Positions 18,939 through 29,427 are shown, numbered from the stretch's first letter. The stretch: DNA of 64,000 nt from Bacteroidota bacterium (GCA_026391795.1 JAPLDI010000023.1:66269-130268); one strand, 5' to 3'. The notes: a model not told the origin generated them from the sequence alone. Numbers and translations: made by a program.

Positions 18939-19553
18939 ATGAAAAAGTTTGTTTTAATCGTGATTGCCCTGTTTTGTTTAACCGGAATTTCATTCGGACA
19001 ATTTACACTTGGGTTTAAAGCTGGTTACAATGGCAATAAATTAGCTACCAGCCTGAGTTCGGTCGAATCACATTACGGCAATGGCTTTCATATAGGCATC
19101 TTCACGCGGGTAGGAAAACGCCTCTATTTTGCCCCTGAACTAATTTATACTTTCAGCGGCGGAGCCTTTACCAATGACAGTACAGACGGAACATGGACCA
19201 AACAAAAATTTACGGTTGGCTCACTCGATATTCCACTCCTGGCTGGTTTTAAAATCATCAATTCGAGTTTCCTCAAATGGAGGGTCGAACTGGGACCGGT
19301 TGCTTCTTTTGTGGTTAATAAGAAAGTCAAAAATTTCAATGATTTAACGGGACCTGTCGAATCTGCTAGTTTCAATACGGCAAACTGGATGATTATGGCC
19401 GGTACCGGCATAGATTTCTTATTTATCACCCTGGATATACGGTATGAATATGCATTCAGCTCACTGATAAAGGATGCTGCCAATTACAACTTTGATACCC
19501 ATAATAATTTTATTATGGTTTCCCTTGGGTTTAAATTGATGGGGAATGAATAA
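18939..19553 (+). CDS. Outer-membrane beta-barrel protein (PF13568-type)
   Basis: 204 aa. Signal peptide and beta-strand periodicity. Confidence 0.6.
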   Translation: MKKFVLIVIALFCLTGISFGQFTLGFKAGYNGNKLATSLSSVESHYGNGFHIGIFTRVGKRLYFAPELIYTFSGGAFTNDSTDGTWTKQKFTVGSLDIPLLAGFKIINSSFLKWRVELGPVASFVVNKKVKNFNDLTGPVESASFNTANWMIMAGTGIDFLFITLDIRYEYAFSSLIKDAANYNFDTHNNFIMVSLGFKLMGNE

Positions 19554-19792
19554 TATCCTTCTGTTTTACCCCCTTTATAAGATAATTTAGAAATTCCTGA
19601 AGTCTGGCTATCCGAACCTTTACAAAAGGCATTCAGAGAATATTAATGTATCAACTGGACGGGTATATTTTTCATCTCCACAAAACAGGATAACAACAGA
19701 TGTGGCCCTCGCGGGAGGGCGGGGGTACGTAGCCTCTTTGCCGGGATTTGTCAATGTTCTTATCTGTTTTTTCTTTTTGGCTAATTATTTTT

Positions 19793-19800
19793 TAAATTTG
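19793..19800 (+). promoter_or_regulatory. -7 promoter motif TAAATTTG
   Basis: Matches TAnnTTTG 26 nt upstream of ATG 19827. Confidence 0.4.
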
Positions 19801-19826
19801 ACAAAGGAAACCATAAGAACCATGCC

Positions 19827-20864
19827 ATGAAGAAAGAATTGTTTATTCTTGGAATTATTTCTTTACTGATACTTTTGCAGCTGACATCCTGCTCGCGCAG
19901 GAAGACCAATGAATTAACTGAAATTCCCCCGCCGAAGGTAGGCCTGGTAAGCAGTACGGGAGGATTTAACGACCGCGGATTCAACCAGCTGGCGCTCATA
20001 GGGCTCCAGAATGCGGAGAAAGAACTCGGGGTGAAAACGGCCAGCCGCGAAAGCATTGATACTTCTGACTTCACGCCGAATATCAATTCCCTCATCCAGG
20101 AGGGTTACGACCTTATCATTCTCCTGGGTTATGAGGCCGCAGGTGCTGTTGCTTCAGCTGCAAAAAAAAATCCAACGATACATTTTGTCCTGCTTGACTA
20201 CAGCAACACCGACATTCCGGCGAACGTGTCGTTCTATGTTTACCAGGTTGACCAGTCCTCTTTTCTTTGCGGCTTTCTTGGAGCGTATTGGGCACAGGTG
20301 AAAGATCCTCAGAATCCGGTGGCCGGCTGGATTGGCGGAATGGACATCCCCGTGATCCAGCAATTCAGGACCGGTTATATGGGAGGGATCCAGTATTTCA
20401 ATACCAAATATGGAAAAACTGTCAGTTCCACCGGTTTTTTTGCCACTTCGTTCAGCGACACACTCCAGGGTGCGAAGCTGGCCGACAGCCTGATCCAGCT
20501 TGGTGCCGATGTGATCTTCCCCTTTGCAGGAAAATCGGGTAACGGTTCCTTATACAAGATCAAGGAAAAAGGGAAATGGGGCATTGGCGTGGACTTCGAC
20601 CAATATGTCTCCATTCCGGAGGTTTCGGATATCCTCCTTACCTCCTGCCTGAAGAAGATGGACAATTCTGTCTATAATATCATTTACTGGACGAAAGCCA
20701 AGGGGTTCTCCGGGCACAAGATCGAATACGGTAACCTCTCGACAGTCGATATCGAAATTGCCCCATTCCACGATTATAATGCCCTGATACCGGACAGCAT
20801 TAAAAACGAACTCAATACCATCCGGAACGGAATAAAAAACGGAACTATTCCCACAGGCTTGTAA
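19827..20864 (+). CDS. BMP family (PnrA-like) substrate-binding lipoprotein
   Basis: 345 aa with lipobox LTSC. GGFNDRGFNQ and FPFAG motifs. No ABC permease or ATPase gene is adjacent. Confidence 0.75.
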   Translation: MKKELFILGIISLLILLQLTSCSRRKTNELTEIPPPKVGLVSSTGGFNDRGFNQLALIGLQNAEKELGVKTASRESIDTSDFTPNINSLIQEGYDLIILLGYEAAGAVASAAKKNPTIHFVLLDYSNTDIPANVSFYVYQVDQSSFLCGFLGAYWAQVKDPQNPVAGWIGGMDIPVIQQFRTGYMGGIQYFNTKYGKTVSSTGFFATSFSDTLQGAKLADSLIQLGADVIFPFAGKSGNGSLYKIKEKGKWGIGVDFDQYVSIPEVSDILLTSCLKKMDNSVYNIIYWTKAKGFSGHKIEYGNLSTVDIEIAPFHDYNALIPDSIKNELNTIRNGIKNGTIPTGL

Positions 20865-21069
20865 ATTCAGGAAGCCAGAGACAGAAGTACCAACTTCTTG
20901 ACGCTGCTTTCAGGTTACAGGGCATATTCTTATTGATCCCAATCAGAAGAGGTACAGAGAAGGGGTCTACGATTCAATTCCACAAAAATATCCTTTTCAT
21001 GATTTTGGAGATAAATTCCTAAATTTATATCCGATTCATATTGTTTTGTCGCTGCATTTATCCAAAATA

Positions 21070-22236
21070 ATGAAAACGATGAAAAAAGGAATTCTCTCCC
21101 TGCTCATTTTAACAAGCATGTTATCTTTTTCCATTCAGGCCCAGAAGAAAACATCCACATTAAAAGACACGCTGGATAACAAGTTTGACATGAGTAACTA
21201 CATTGTTAACCTTCACGGATTTATCCCATGGCCAACGATCATTACTGAACCTGCGCTTGGAAGTTTTGGCATTGCGCTGGCGGCTGTTTTTATCAGTCCG
21301 CAAAAAAAAGGAAAAACGGAGGACCGGTACCGTTTTCCGGATATCACCGGTGTTGCCGGCATGTACACACTGAACAACACCTGGGGCGTCGGAGCGCTGA
21401 GGCAGGGTTCCTTCCCGACGATCGGGATGAGATATACCATCGGGGCGGGATATGCAAATGCCAATATGGATTTTTACAGGCAGACATATCGAGGGAACGA
21501 ACTGAAGGAACAGTTTAACCTTCAACCGATCGTTGCAGTACTGGATGTTAGTGAGAACCTTCATAAAAACAGGATCTTTGCCGGTATCCGGTACCAGTTT
21601 ACAAGGATGATCGTCAAGTATGATTTTAAGAGCTCCCTCGATACCATTTTTCACAGGAATTTTGATACACTTTTTTCCCCGCCCGATTTCAACAAGAACC
21701 TTGGGAACCTTGGTATTTACCTGGAGCTGGACTACCGCAATTCAATGTTTACACCCGATAAGGGGCTGCGACTAAAAACAACTTACACCTTTGGAAGGAA
21801 CTGGACGGCCAGTGATTTCAATTTCGATCAGATTGTGATCAATGCAAACATGTTCATCCAGATATTGAAACCCTGGGTTTGTGGTTTCAGAACGGTGGGT
21901 CAGGTAATGTTCAATGATGTTCCTTTCTATTATTATCCATACCTGGACATGAGAGGGATTCCGATGATGCGGTACCAGGGACAGGAGACCCTGTTGTTTG
22001 AAACAGAGCAGCGTGTCGATGTGACCCGTCGGTGGAGTGTTGTCGGTTTCGTTGGAACCGGAAGAACCTGGAGTGATTCAAGGTACATGAGCGACGACAC
22101 CTGGCATTGGGCAGGCGGCGCTGGATTCCGTTACCTGGTGGCCCGGCTCTTCAAGCTCAGGATGGGATTTGATGTTGCTGCCAGTAAGGATCAGTTTGCC
22201 TATTATTTTGTTTTCGGTCATTATTGGAACCGGTAA
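21070..22236 (+). CDS. Omp85/surface-antigen-type outer-membrane barrel protein
   Basis: Start moved to ATG 21070 (MKTMKKG..). Signal peptide, C-terminal barrel with GGAGFRY...FGHYWNR. Confidence 0.5.
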   Translation: MKTMKKGILSLLILTSMLSFSIQAQKKTSTLKDTLDNKFDMSNYIVNLHGFIPWPTIITEPALGSFGIALAAVFISPQKKGKTEDRYRFPDITGVAGMYTLNNTWGVGALRQGSFPTIGMRYTIGAGYANANMDFYRQTYRGNELKEQFNLQPIVAVLDVSENLHKNRIFAGIRYQFTRMIVKYDFKSSLDTIFHRNFDTLFSPPDFNKNLGNLGIYLELDYRNSMFTPDKGLRLKTTYTFGRNWTASDFNFDQIVINANMFIQILKPWVCGFRTVGQVMFNDVPFYYYPYLDMRGIPMMRYQGQETLLFETEQRVDVTRRWSVVGFVGTGRTWSDSRYMSDDTWHWAGGAGFRYLVARLFKLRMGFDVAASKDQFAYYFVFGHYWNR

Positions 22237-22281
22237 CTCTACAGAAGGGAAGCAGCCTCATGTCACTACATCATAATCTGG

Positions 22282-23157
22282 TCACCGGATAAAAATATCC
22301 AGCATTACAAATACGGCAAAAACCACGCTTCCCATTCCATTGAGGGTTGCAAAGGCAAGGTTGACCCTGGAAAGATCGTCGGGCTTCACGATCAGGTGTT
22401 CATAGATCAGGATGATTGAAAAGATGACAGCGCCGATCCAGTAGAAATAATGAAAATTTCCGGCGATTCCCCCGAAAACTGTCAGAACAATAGCAAAGAA
22501 GTGGAAAATGGCAGATACTCTGAGTGCATTTCTGTTACCGAAGGATTCAGGGATGGACCTTAACTTCTCGGTTTTATCAAATTCAACATCCTGAAGGGCA
22601 TAGATGATATCAAACCCGGCAACCCAGAAAACAACGATCAGGGAATAGATTACCGGAAGAACTGCAAAGTGACCCGTCACTGAAAGGTAAGCCCCAATGG
22701 GCGCCAGCGAAAGCCCGAGTCCAAGTACAAGGTGCGATAAAAACGTGAACCGTTTCGTGAAACTATATCCCATAACAACAAGTAAGGCGACGGGCGCCAG
22801 GAAAAAACAGAGGAGGTTTATCAGGTAGGCTGCAGTGAGAAAAAGAGCCGCATTCAGCAAAACAAAGAGCAAGGCCGAGCCGGGGCGGATAATTTCCTTG
22901 GGAATTTCCCGCAAGGCTGTACGGGGGTTCTTCCGGTCAATGTCACGGTCAACGAAACGGTTAAAGCCCATGGCTGCATTGCGGGCGAAAAAAACACAGG
23001 CCAATACCAGGATCAGCAGCCGGAGGTAATGCGGATCAGTTGTCTCATGAATAGCCAGGCTGAACCCGATAAGTGCAAAGGGAAGTGAAAAAACTGTATG
23101 GCTTATCTTGACAAGCGAAAAATAATCAGAAACCCTGGATCCCTTGTGAAAAATCAT
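22282..23157 (-). CDS. UbiA family polyprenyltransferase
   Basis: 291 aa and polytopic. NRFVDRDIDRKNPRT and a second Asp-rich motif, YALQDVEFD. Confidence 0.8.
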   Translation of the reverse strand: MIFHKGSRVSDYFSLVKISHTVFSLPFALIGFSLAIHETTDPHYLRLLILVLACVFFARNAAMGFNRFVDRDIDRKNPRTALREIPKEIIRPGSALLFVLLNAALFLTAAYLINLLCFFLAPVALLVVMGYSFTKRFTFLSHLVLGLGLSLAPIGAYLSVTGHFAVLPVIYSLIVVFWVAGFDIIYALQDVEFDKTEKLRSIPESFGNRNALRVSAIFHFFAIVLTVFGGIAGNFHYFYWIGAVIFSIILIYEHLIVKPDDLSRVNLAFATLNGMGSVVFAVFVMLDIFIR

Positions 23158-23233
23158 TCATCCGCGTTAAGGTGCAAAAGTACAAATTTTACCAGTAAAT
23201 ACTTCTGATTGGACAATTGAAGATCATAGAATG

Positions 23234-23317
23234 AATTTTAATTTTCGATTTTAGATTTTCTAAAACGTCAATCGTCAATCCAAAATTCGACCGGCATTCT
23301 AAAATCGTCTGATCGTA
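23234..23317. repeat. AT-rich heptamer array with inverted arms
   Basis: Units aatttta, attttcg, attttag, attttct, then aaaacgt and onward. cgattttag (23246-23254) is the exact reverse complement of ctaaaatcg (23299-23307). Confidence 0.8.
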
Positions 23318-23371
23318 ATAAGGATTTAGATTATTATTCCCTTCCGGCAGATTTTATAACGGTAAATGAGG

Positions 23372-23379
23372 TACTTTTG
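23372..23379 (+). promoter_or_regulatory. -7 promoter motif TACTTTTG
   Basis: Matches TAnnTTTG 15 nt upstream of ATG 23395. Confidence 0.4.
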
Positions 23380-23394
23380 TGCAATTTTTCAAAA

Positions 23395-24189
23395 ATGTCG
23401 AAACAGACAGAAACGGTAATACGGTTTTTACGGCACAGGATTAAGGCGAAATCGAAGTTTGATCTTCATTCTCCTTTTATCTATCAGTTCTATTCAAACG
23501 TCGTGAACGACAAAACAAAGTATCCTGAACCGCGGCAGGTCGAAAGACTGAGATCCAGGCTGCTGAAAGACCAGGGATACATCAAGATGTCAGACCTGGG
23601 GGCAGGAGCCGGGGATATTCCCTGGTGCCACCGGATTATCCCGGTGACGAGGGTTGTGAGAAGATCGTGCGTCCAGCCTGCCTATGGCCGTTTCCTTTTC
23701 CGCATGGCCAGGTATTTCAAGCCGGCAGTCATGGTTGAACTGGGAACATCTCTGGGAATAAGCACTTCTTACCTTGCATTGGGAAACCCGGAAGGAGTGA
23801 TTACTACCATAGAAGGATGCCAGGAAACAGCTGCTTTTGCCAGAAAGAACTTTGAACACCTGAGTTTGTTAAATGTAAACCAGCTGACCGGCCCATTTGA
23901 AGAGGTGCTTCCCGGTTTGCTTGAAAAGCTCGGGAAAGTGGACCTTGTGTTCATCGACGGAAACCACAGGAAAAAGCCTTCATTACACTATTTTTACCAG
24001 TGTTTACAACACATTCACGAAGATTCCGTTCTTATTCTTGACGATATCCACTGGTCGGGTGAGATGGAAAAAGCATGGAAAGAGATCCAGGAACATCCTT
24101 CGGTTACCATCACCATCGACCTTTTCAGAATGGGGCTGGTGTTCTTTAAGAGTGGCTTGAGCAAGGAAGATTTTATCCTTCGTTTCTGA
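23395..24189 (+). CDS. Class I SAM-dependent methyltransferase
   Basis: Start moved to ATG 23395. VELGTSLGIST (motif I) and VFIDGNH. Confidence 0.6.
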   Translation: MSKQTETVIRFLRHRIKAKSKFDLHSPFIYQFYSNVVNDKTKYPEPRQVERLRSRLLKDQGYIKMSDLGAGAGDIPWCHRIIPVTRVVRRSCVQPAYGRFLFRMARYFKPAVMVELGTSLGISTSYLALGNPEGVITTIEGCQETAAFARKNFEHLSLLNVNQLTGPFEEVLPGLLEKLGKVDLVFIDGNHRKKPSLHYFYQCLQHIHEDSVLILDDIHWSGEMEKAWKEIQEHPSVTITIDLFRMGLVFFKSGLSKEDFILRF

Positions 24190-24198
24190 TAAAAATTG

Positions 24199-24206
24199 TA
24201 TTTTTG
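24199..24206 (+). promoter_or_regulatory. -7 promoter motif TATTTTTG
   Basis: Matches TAnnTTTG 37 nt upstream of ATG 24244. Confidence 0.35.
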
Positions 24207-24243
24207 TAGATAGACTGGTATTCTACGCATAATAATCCGTCAT

Positions 24244-24978
24244 ATGGAAAAAGAAGTCATCCGGATCGTCGATATTGTTAAGAATTTTAAAATCGGAACG
24301 GTTATTGTCGAAGCATTGCGTTCGGTTTCCATGGTGATCAAGAAGAATGAATTTGTTGCCATCATGGGACCTTCTGGATCAGGAAAGTCGACCATGATGA
24401 ACATCCTTGGATGCCTGGATACGCCTACCAGCGGATCCTATTTTCTCAACGATGAGGACGTAAGCAAGATGGATGATAACAGCCTGGCTGAGATCCGGAA
24501 CCGGCAGATCGGATTCGTGTTCCAGACCTTTAACCTGCTTCCCAGGTCAACGGCATTGGAAAATGTCATGTTGCCGCTGATCTACGCAGGCGTTTCCAAG
24601 GGAAGAAGAATCGAACGCGCTACGGAAGTCCTTGACGAGGTAAAGCTCTCTGACCGTATGGCTCACAAGCCCAACGAACTGTCGGGAGGCCAGCGCCAGC
24701 GGGTGGCCATTGCCAGGGCCCTGGTTAACAATCCTGCGATTATCCTGGCGGATGAGCCTACGGGGAATCTCGACTCCAAAACATCTCTTGAAATTCTGGG
24801 CCTGCTGGAGGAGATCCACAAGATGGGCAATACGGTAATTATTGTTACCCATGAAGAAGATATCGCTTTGCATGCTCACCGCATCATCCGGCTGATGGAC
24901 GGGAAGATCTCTTCCGATGAAATCAACAATCATGTCAAAACGATCGCGGATTATAATCTGGTACCACAGGACAATTAA
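24244..24978 (+). CDS. ABC transporter ATP-binding protein (MacB/LolD-like)
   Basis: 244 aa. [35 protein letters not shown]. Confidence 0.92.
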   Translation: MEKEVIRIVDIVKNFKIGTVIVEALRSVSMVIKKNEFVAIMGPSGSGKSTMMNILGCLDTPTSGSYFLNDEDVSKMDDNSLAEIRNRQIGFVFQTFNLLPRSTALENVMLPLIYAGVSKGRRIERATEVLDEVKLSDRMAHKPNELSGGQRQRVAIARALVNNPAIILADEPTGNLDSKTSLEILGLLEEIHKMGNTVIIVTHEEDIALHAHRIIRLMDGKISSDEINNHVKTIADYNLVPQDN

Positions 24979-24989
24979 TCCCCTGTTGC

Positions 24990-25997
24990 ATGGACAAACA
25001 TACCAATTACAAGAAACTTTTCGAGGAGTTCAACAAACTTACCATTATGATCATCGGTGATGTCATGGTGGATTCCTATCTATGGGGAAAAGTTGAACGG
25101 ATCTCACCGGAGGCGCCGATTCCCATTGTAGCCTTGAGGAAAAGGGAAAACCGGATGGGTGGTGCAGCCAACGTAGCAATGAACATCAAGAGCATGGGGG
25201 CAAAACCGGTGCTTTGTTCAGTGATCGGGGAGGATGATAAAGGCTCTGTTTTTCTCGACCTGCTGAAGAAGGAGAAGATCGAATCCTACGGGGTTGTAAG
25301 AACCGCCGGAAGAATTACGACAACGAAATTCCGGATTTTCGGAAACAGCACCCAGATGCTGAGGGTGGATGAGGAGGTGGAGGAAGACCTTGCAGAAAAC
25401 GACCATACACACCTTCTGGAAAATATTGACAGGATTCTCCTGAGTGAAAAAATCGATGCGATCATCTTCCAGGATTACAATAAAGGAGTGATCAATCCGG
25501 TACTGATACGGGAAGTTATCGACCGCGCAACAAAGATGAACATTCCGGTAGCCGTCGATCCGAAGAAAAAGAACTTCTACGATTTTTCAGGTGTGACCCT
25601 GTTCAAACCAAACCTCAAAGAGCTGAAGGAAGGGATGAAAGTTGAGTTTGACCACAGCGACCGTGATTTGCTTTTGTCGGCGACACAGGCGTTACGGGAT
25701 AAACTCAACTGTAAGTACATCCTCACTACCTTGTCTGAACTGGGGGTTATGATCAGCATGAAAGATTCACTGGATGAAAAGAATATCTTCATCCCGGCAC
25801 ATGTGCGATCGATCTCCGATGTCTCCGGAGCAGGAGATACGGTGATCAGCGTTGCTGCACTTTGCCTTGCGAAACAATGTTCTCCGTATGAGATTGCCTA
25901 TATTTCAAACCTTGCCGGCGGACTGGTATGCGAAGAGGTGGGGGTGGCCCCGGTGAACAAAGATAAACTCCTGAAAGAGGTCCTTGCCCTTCTCTGA
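24990..25997 (+). CDS. PfkB-family sugar kinase (RfaE domain I / heptose-7-phosphate kinase-like)
   Basis: 335 aa. MIIGDVMVDSYLWG, GGAANVA, DVSGAGDT. Confidence 0.65.
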   Translation: MDKHTNYKKLFEEFNKLTIMIIGDVMVDSYLWGKVERISPEAPIPIVALRKRENRMGGAANVAMNIKSMGAKPVLCSVIGEDDKGSVFLDLLKKEKIESYGVVRTAGRITTTKFRIFGNSTQMLRVDEEVEEDLAENDHTHLLENIDRILLSEKIDAIIFQDYNKGVINPVLIREVIDRATKMNIPVAVDPKKKNFYDFSGVTLFKPNLKELKEGMKVEFDHSDRDLLLSATQALRDKLNCKYILTTLSELGVMISMKDSLDEKNIFIPAHVRSISDVSGAGDTVISVAALCLAKQCSPYEIAYISNLAGGLVCEEVGVAPVNKDKLLKEVLALL

Positions 25998-27271
25998 TGC
26001 TTTTTGATACGGATGTAATCGTTGTTGGTGCGGGTCCGGCCGGTTCCCTGGCCGCCTATATCCTGGCTACACAAGGCATACAGGTTACCCTGCTGGAGAA
26101 GACCCGGTTTCCCAGGTACAAGGTTTGCGGCGGCGGACTGACCCACAAAATCCTGAAGGAGATCCCCTTCGACCTCACCCCGGTCATCGAATCTACAATC
26201 CATTCGTTCCGTTTTTCCCATCAATTCGAACATGTTTTTACAAGAAATTCAACCGAGCCTCTGATCTACTGTACCATGCGCGGCGACCTGGATGCATTCC
26301 TGCTGCAGAAGGCAGCCGATGCCGGAGCGACAATCAGCATGGGAGAAAAGGTCACCTCCTTTCTCCAGGATGAATCCGGCGTGACGGTTTCAACGCAGGA
26401 GAAGACCTTTCGCAGCAGGATGCTGATCGGCGCCGAAGGAGCTTCAGGGATTGTCTCCCGGACTACGGGCCTGCAGGATTCTGTTGAAATGGGATTGGCG
26501 TGGGAAGCCGAAGTAAACGCTGATCCGGAAGACCTCATGCGTTTTTCCGGGACGGTATTCCTCGACTGGGGAACGCTTCCCGGAGGATATGCCTGGGTGT
26601 TCCCGAAGAAAGATCATTTCTCCATTGGAGTCGGAGGCCCCGCCAGACTGTCAAAAGCAATGATGCCCTATTACGAACGTTTTATGACGTCAATTGGAAA
26701 CACGTCACTTCAATCTTCCATTCTCAATTCTCCATCCTCTATCCTCCATCCTCCATCCTCCAATATCCGATTCGGGGAAACCCGGTCGCTGAAATCCTGG
26801 CCAATCCCGGTCCGGACCCGAAAGTCGGCATTCCATAAAGGGTTTGTCATGGTAACGGGTGATTCAGCAGGGCTGGGCGATCCTCTGACGGGAGAGGGGA
26901 TCTATTATGCAGTGAGGAGCGGGAAGCTGGCAGCAGAAACCTGTTCAGAGTATCTTTCAGGCAGAATACCATCACTGGAAACCTTTTCTCAACGGATCAA
27001 TGACGAACTGATGACAGAACTTCTCGAGGCCAACAGGATAAAACATGTATTTAATACGGTCCCGATAAGAATTCATTCCTTTGTCCGCGACAGCGACAGG
27101 GCATGGAAGGCCTTTGGAAAGATACTCCGCGGGGAGCGCTGGTATGCGGATGTGCGGAATGGATTCGGAAAGTGGAAAATCTTCTGGCGTCTTGCCTGTT
27201 TTGTTTCAGGGTTTATTGAGAGAAGGAAGGAGACGAAGTTTCTGAAGAGACAAACTGCTGAAATCAAATAA
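25997..27271 (+). CDS. Geranylgeranyl reductase family FAD oxidoreductase
   Basis: 424 aa. DVIVVGAGPAGS, GDSAGLGDPLTGEGIYYA. The start overlaps the previous stop (TGATG). Confidence 0.85.
   Translation: MLFDTDVIVVGAGPAGSLAAYILATQGIQVTLLEKTRFPRYKVCGGGLTHKILKEIPFDLTPVIESTIHSFRFSHQFEHVFTRNSTEPLIYCTMRGDLDAFLLQKAADAGATISMGEKVTSFLQDESGVTVSTQEKTFRSRMLIGAEGASGIVSRTTGLQDSVEMGLAWEAEVNADPEDLMRFSGTVFLDWGTLPGGYAWVFPKKDHFSIGVGGPARLSKAMMPYYERFMTSIGNTSLQSSILNSPSSILHPPSSNIRFGETRSLKSWPIPVRTRKSAFHKGFVMVTGDSAGLGDPLTGEGIYYAVRSGKLAAETCSEYLSGRIPSLETFSQRINDELMTELLEANRIKHVFNTVPIRIHSFVRDSDRAWKAFGKILRGERWYADVRNGFGKWKIFWRLACFVSGFIERRKETKFLKRQTAEIK
26707..26762. repeat. In-frame TCCTCCA-type heptamer array inside the reductase CDS
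   Basis: Eight 7-nt units encode SLQSSILNSPSSILHPPSSN. The 21-mer ctccatcctctatcctccatc (26730-26750) is identical to 14827-14847. Confidence 0.88.
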
Positions 27272-27275
27272 TAAA

Positions 27276-27296
27276 AGCGGAATTGTAAATTCCGCT
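27276..27296. terminator. Hairpin between convergent genes (candidate bidirectional terminator)
   Basis: agcggaatt-gta-aattccgct is a perfect 9-bp stem between the stops at 27271 (+) and 27344 (-). The U-tract is weak. Confidence 0.5.
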
Positions 27297-27343
27297 CATC
27301 ATTAATATTAATATTTTCAGACTACTCGAAAGTTCATTAAGCA

Positions 27344-27796
27344 TCAGGCCCCGAGAAGTTTTTTGACAATCTCCGAAACCATCTTGTTGTCGGCTTTTCC
27401 GGCCAGTTCTTTGGAGGCGGCTCCCATAACCTTACCCATATCCTTTATCGAACTCGCCTGTGTTTGTGCGATGATCTGTCTGATCTTCTCTGTCACCTCT
27501 GCTTCACCCATTTGCTGAGGGAGGTATTTTTCGATGATGGATGCTTCAAACCTTTCTTTACCAGCCAAATCCTCCCGACCGGCAGCTGCATAAATATCAG
27601 CCGACTCCCGGCGCTGCTTCACCAGTTTCTGGAGAAGTTTTAGCTCAACCGATTCTGGGATCTCGCCGGTGGTTCCTTCTTTGGTCTTTTCCAGCAACAA
27701 AGCGGCTTTGATGGCACGAAGCGCTTCCAGTTTCTCCGGATCCCGGGCCAGCATGGCATTTTTGATGTCGTTGTTGATCAGTATTTCAAGTTCCAT
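27344..27796 (-). CDS. GatB/YqeY domain protein
   Basis: 150 aa. IKNAMLARD and RRESADIY motifs. Confidence 0.85.
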   Translation of the reverse strand: MELEILINNDIKNAMLARDPEKLEALRAIKAALLLEKTKEGTTGEIPESVELKLLQKLVKQRRESADIYAAAGREDLAGKERFEASIIEKYLPQQMGEAEVTEKIRQIIAQTQASSIKDMGKVMGAASKELAGKADNKMVSEIVKKLLGA

Positions 27797-27798
27797 GG

Positions 27799-29427
27799 TT
27801 AATCGACATTGTTATGAAGGTAGGAATTCTCCTTCCTGATCTCGATATTTTTATCTTTTTCGGAAACCGTGTAAAGCTGAACTTGCGATTCGGAAGAGGG
27901 CTGTACATCGGCTAGTTCGATGTTCCTGCGTTTGTATGCGGGAATGCTCTCGATCTCTGCCAGGTGGGTTTCGAGGGGAGGATGTGTCTTTAGTTTTTCA
28001 CTCAGGGCCCTGAGTTTCTGAACGCGGTCGTTCATCAGCTTTTCCATCTCCGGCTGCTCCTTCTGGATCTCCGGATCAGGCTTTTGAACAGGTTTTACAG
28101 TGGGGCGGAAAAGAACCTCCGACACAGGAACTTCGATCTCCTTGTTTTCGTATGATTTTTCCTCAGCGGGCTCCTCAAACGTAATTCTCCGCGTTTCCGG
28201 CTCCTCAGGTTCTATATTGAAGATGATGGTCCTGTGCGGCATTGATTCGTCAGGAACAATCTCTTTTTCAAAAACCATGGGTTCGGGTTCAGTCGCAATC
28301 TCAGGTTCCGGAGTGATGACAGGAATCTCTTCATCAGACTTCTGTTCCATCCATGGAAGAGGTTCCTTTTCAACAACAGGTGCATTGAGCGGCCTGATGT
28401 AAGAATCCTGCTGGTAGAGAGGGGTAATAACGATGGCCTTTTCCCGCTCTGCAGGTTTTCTCTTATGATCCTCATCAAACCCTGTTGCGATAATGGTTAC
28501 GCTGATCTTATCTTCGAGCGATTCATCGATCCCGTTCCCCCAGATCACCTCTGCGGAATTTTTTGTCTTTTCCTGGATGTAATCGGTAATCTCTGACACT
28601 TCATCCATTGTAATCTCATCTTTGCCCGAAGCGATGTAAAGCAGGAGGTTGTTTGCCCCTTCAATATTGTTGTCATTCAGCAGGGGTGAGTTCAGTGCCA
28701 TTTCGATGGCATTGATGGCACGGTTTTCGCCATTGGCAATTCCTGATCCCATGATGGCAACCCCGCTGTCCTTCATCACCGTTTTCACATCTTCGAAATC
28801 CACATTTATGTAACCCGTTACGGTAATGATCTCGGCGATCCCTTTGGCTGCGGTGGTCAGGACATCATCGGCATGCCCGAAAGCAGCCGAGAGCCTCTGA
28901 TCTCCAAACAGGTCCCTCAATTTATCATTGCAGATGATCACAAGGGCGTCCACATATTTTTTCATCTCGGCGATTCCCTGTTCGGCATGCTGGTTCCGCT
29001 TTCTTCCTTCAAAGGAAAAAGGCATAGTGATGATTCCCACGGTGAGGATACCCAGCTCTTTTGAGACGCTGGCAATGACCGGCGCAGCACCCGTTCCGGT
29101 TCCTCCCCCCATTCCCGCCGTGATAAATAACATCTTGGTGTTTTTTTCAAGGATATTCCTGAGGTCCTGAATGTTCTCCAATGCGGCATTTTTTCCGATT
29201 GAAGGAACAGCTCCTGCACCAAGTCCACCCGTCAGATTTGCTCCCAGCGCTATCTTTGTCGGAACCGGACTGGATTCCATTGCCTGCGAATCGGTGTTGC
29301 AGATAATGAAGTCAACACCTTTGATACCCTGCCGAAACATATGCGTAACGGCATTGCTACCACCTCCGCCGACACCGATCACTTTGATGATAGATGACTG
29401 GTTTTTGGGTAAATCGAATTTTAACAT
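27799..29427 (-). CDS. ftsZ: Cell division GTPase FtsZ
   Basis: 542 aa. GVGGGGSNAV, the GGGTGTGAAPVIA tubulin signature and a long acidic/Pro linker. Confidence 0.97.
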   Translation of the reverse strand: MLKFDLPKNQSSIIKVIGVGGGGSNAVTHMFRQGIKGVDFIICNTDSQAMESSPVPTKIALGANLTGGLGAGAVPSIGKNAALENIQDLRNILEKNTKMLFITAGMGGGTGTGAAPVIASVSKELGILTVGIITMPFSFEGRKRNQHAEQGIAEMKKYVDALVIICNDKLRDLFGDQRLSAAFGHADDVLTTAAKGIAEIITVTGYINVDFEDVKTVMKDSGVAIMGSGIANGENRAINAIEMALNSPLLNDNNIEGANNLLLYIASGKDEITMDEVSEITDYIQEKTKNSAEVIWGNGIDESLEDKISVTIIATGFDEDHKRKPAEREKAIVITPLYQQDSYIRPLNAPVVEKEPLPWMEQKSDEEIPVITPEPEIATEPEPMVFEKEIVPDESMPHRTIIFNIEPEEPETRRITFEEPAEEKSYENKEIEVPVSEVLFRPTVKPVQKPDPEIQKEQPEMEKLMNDRVQKLRALSEKLKTHPPLETHLAEIESIPAYKRRNIELADVQPSSESQVQLYTVSEKDKNIEIRKENSYLHNNVD

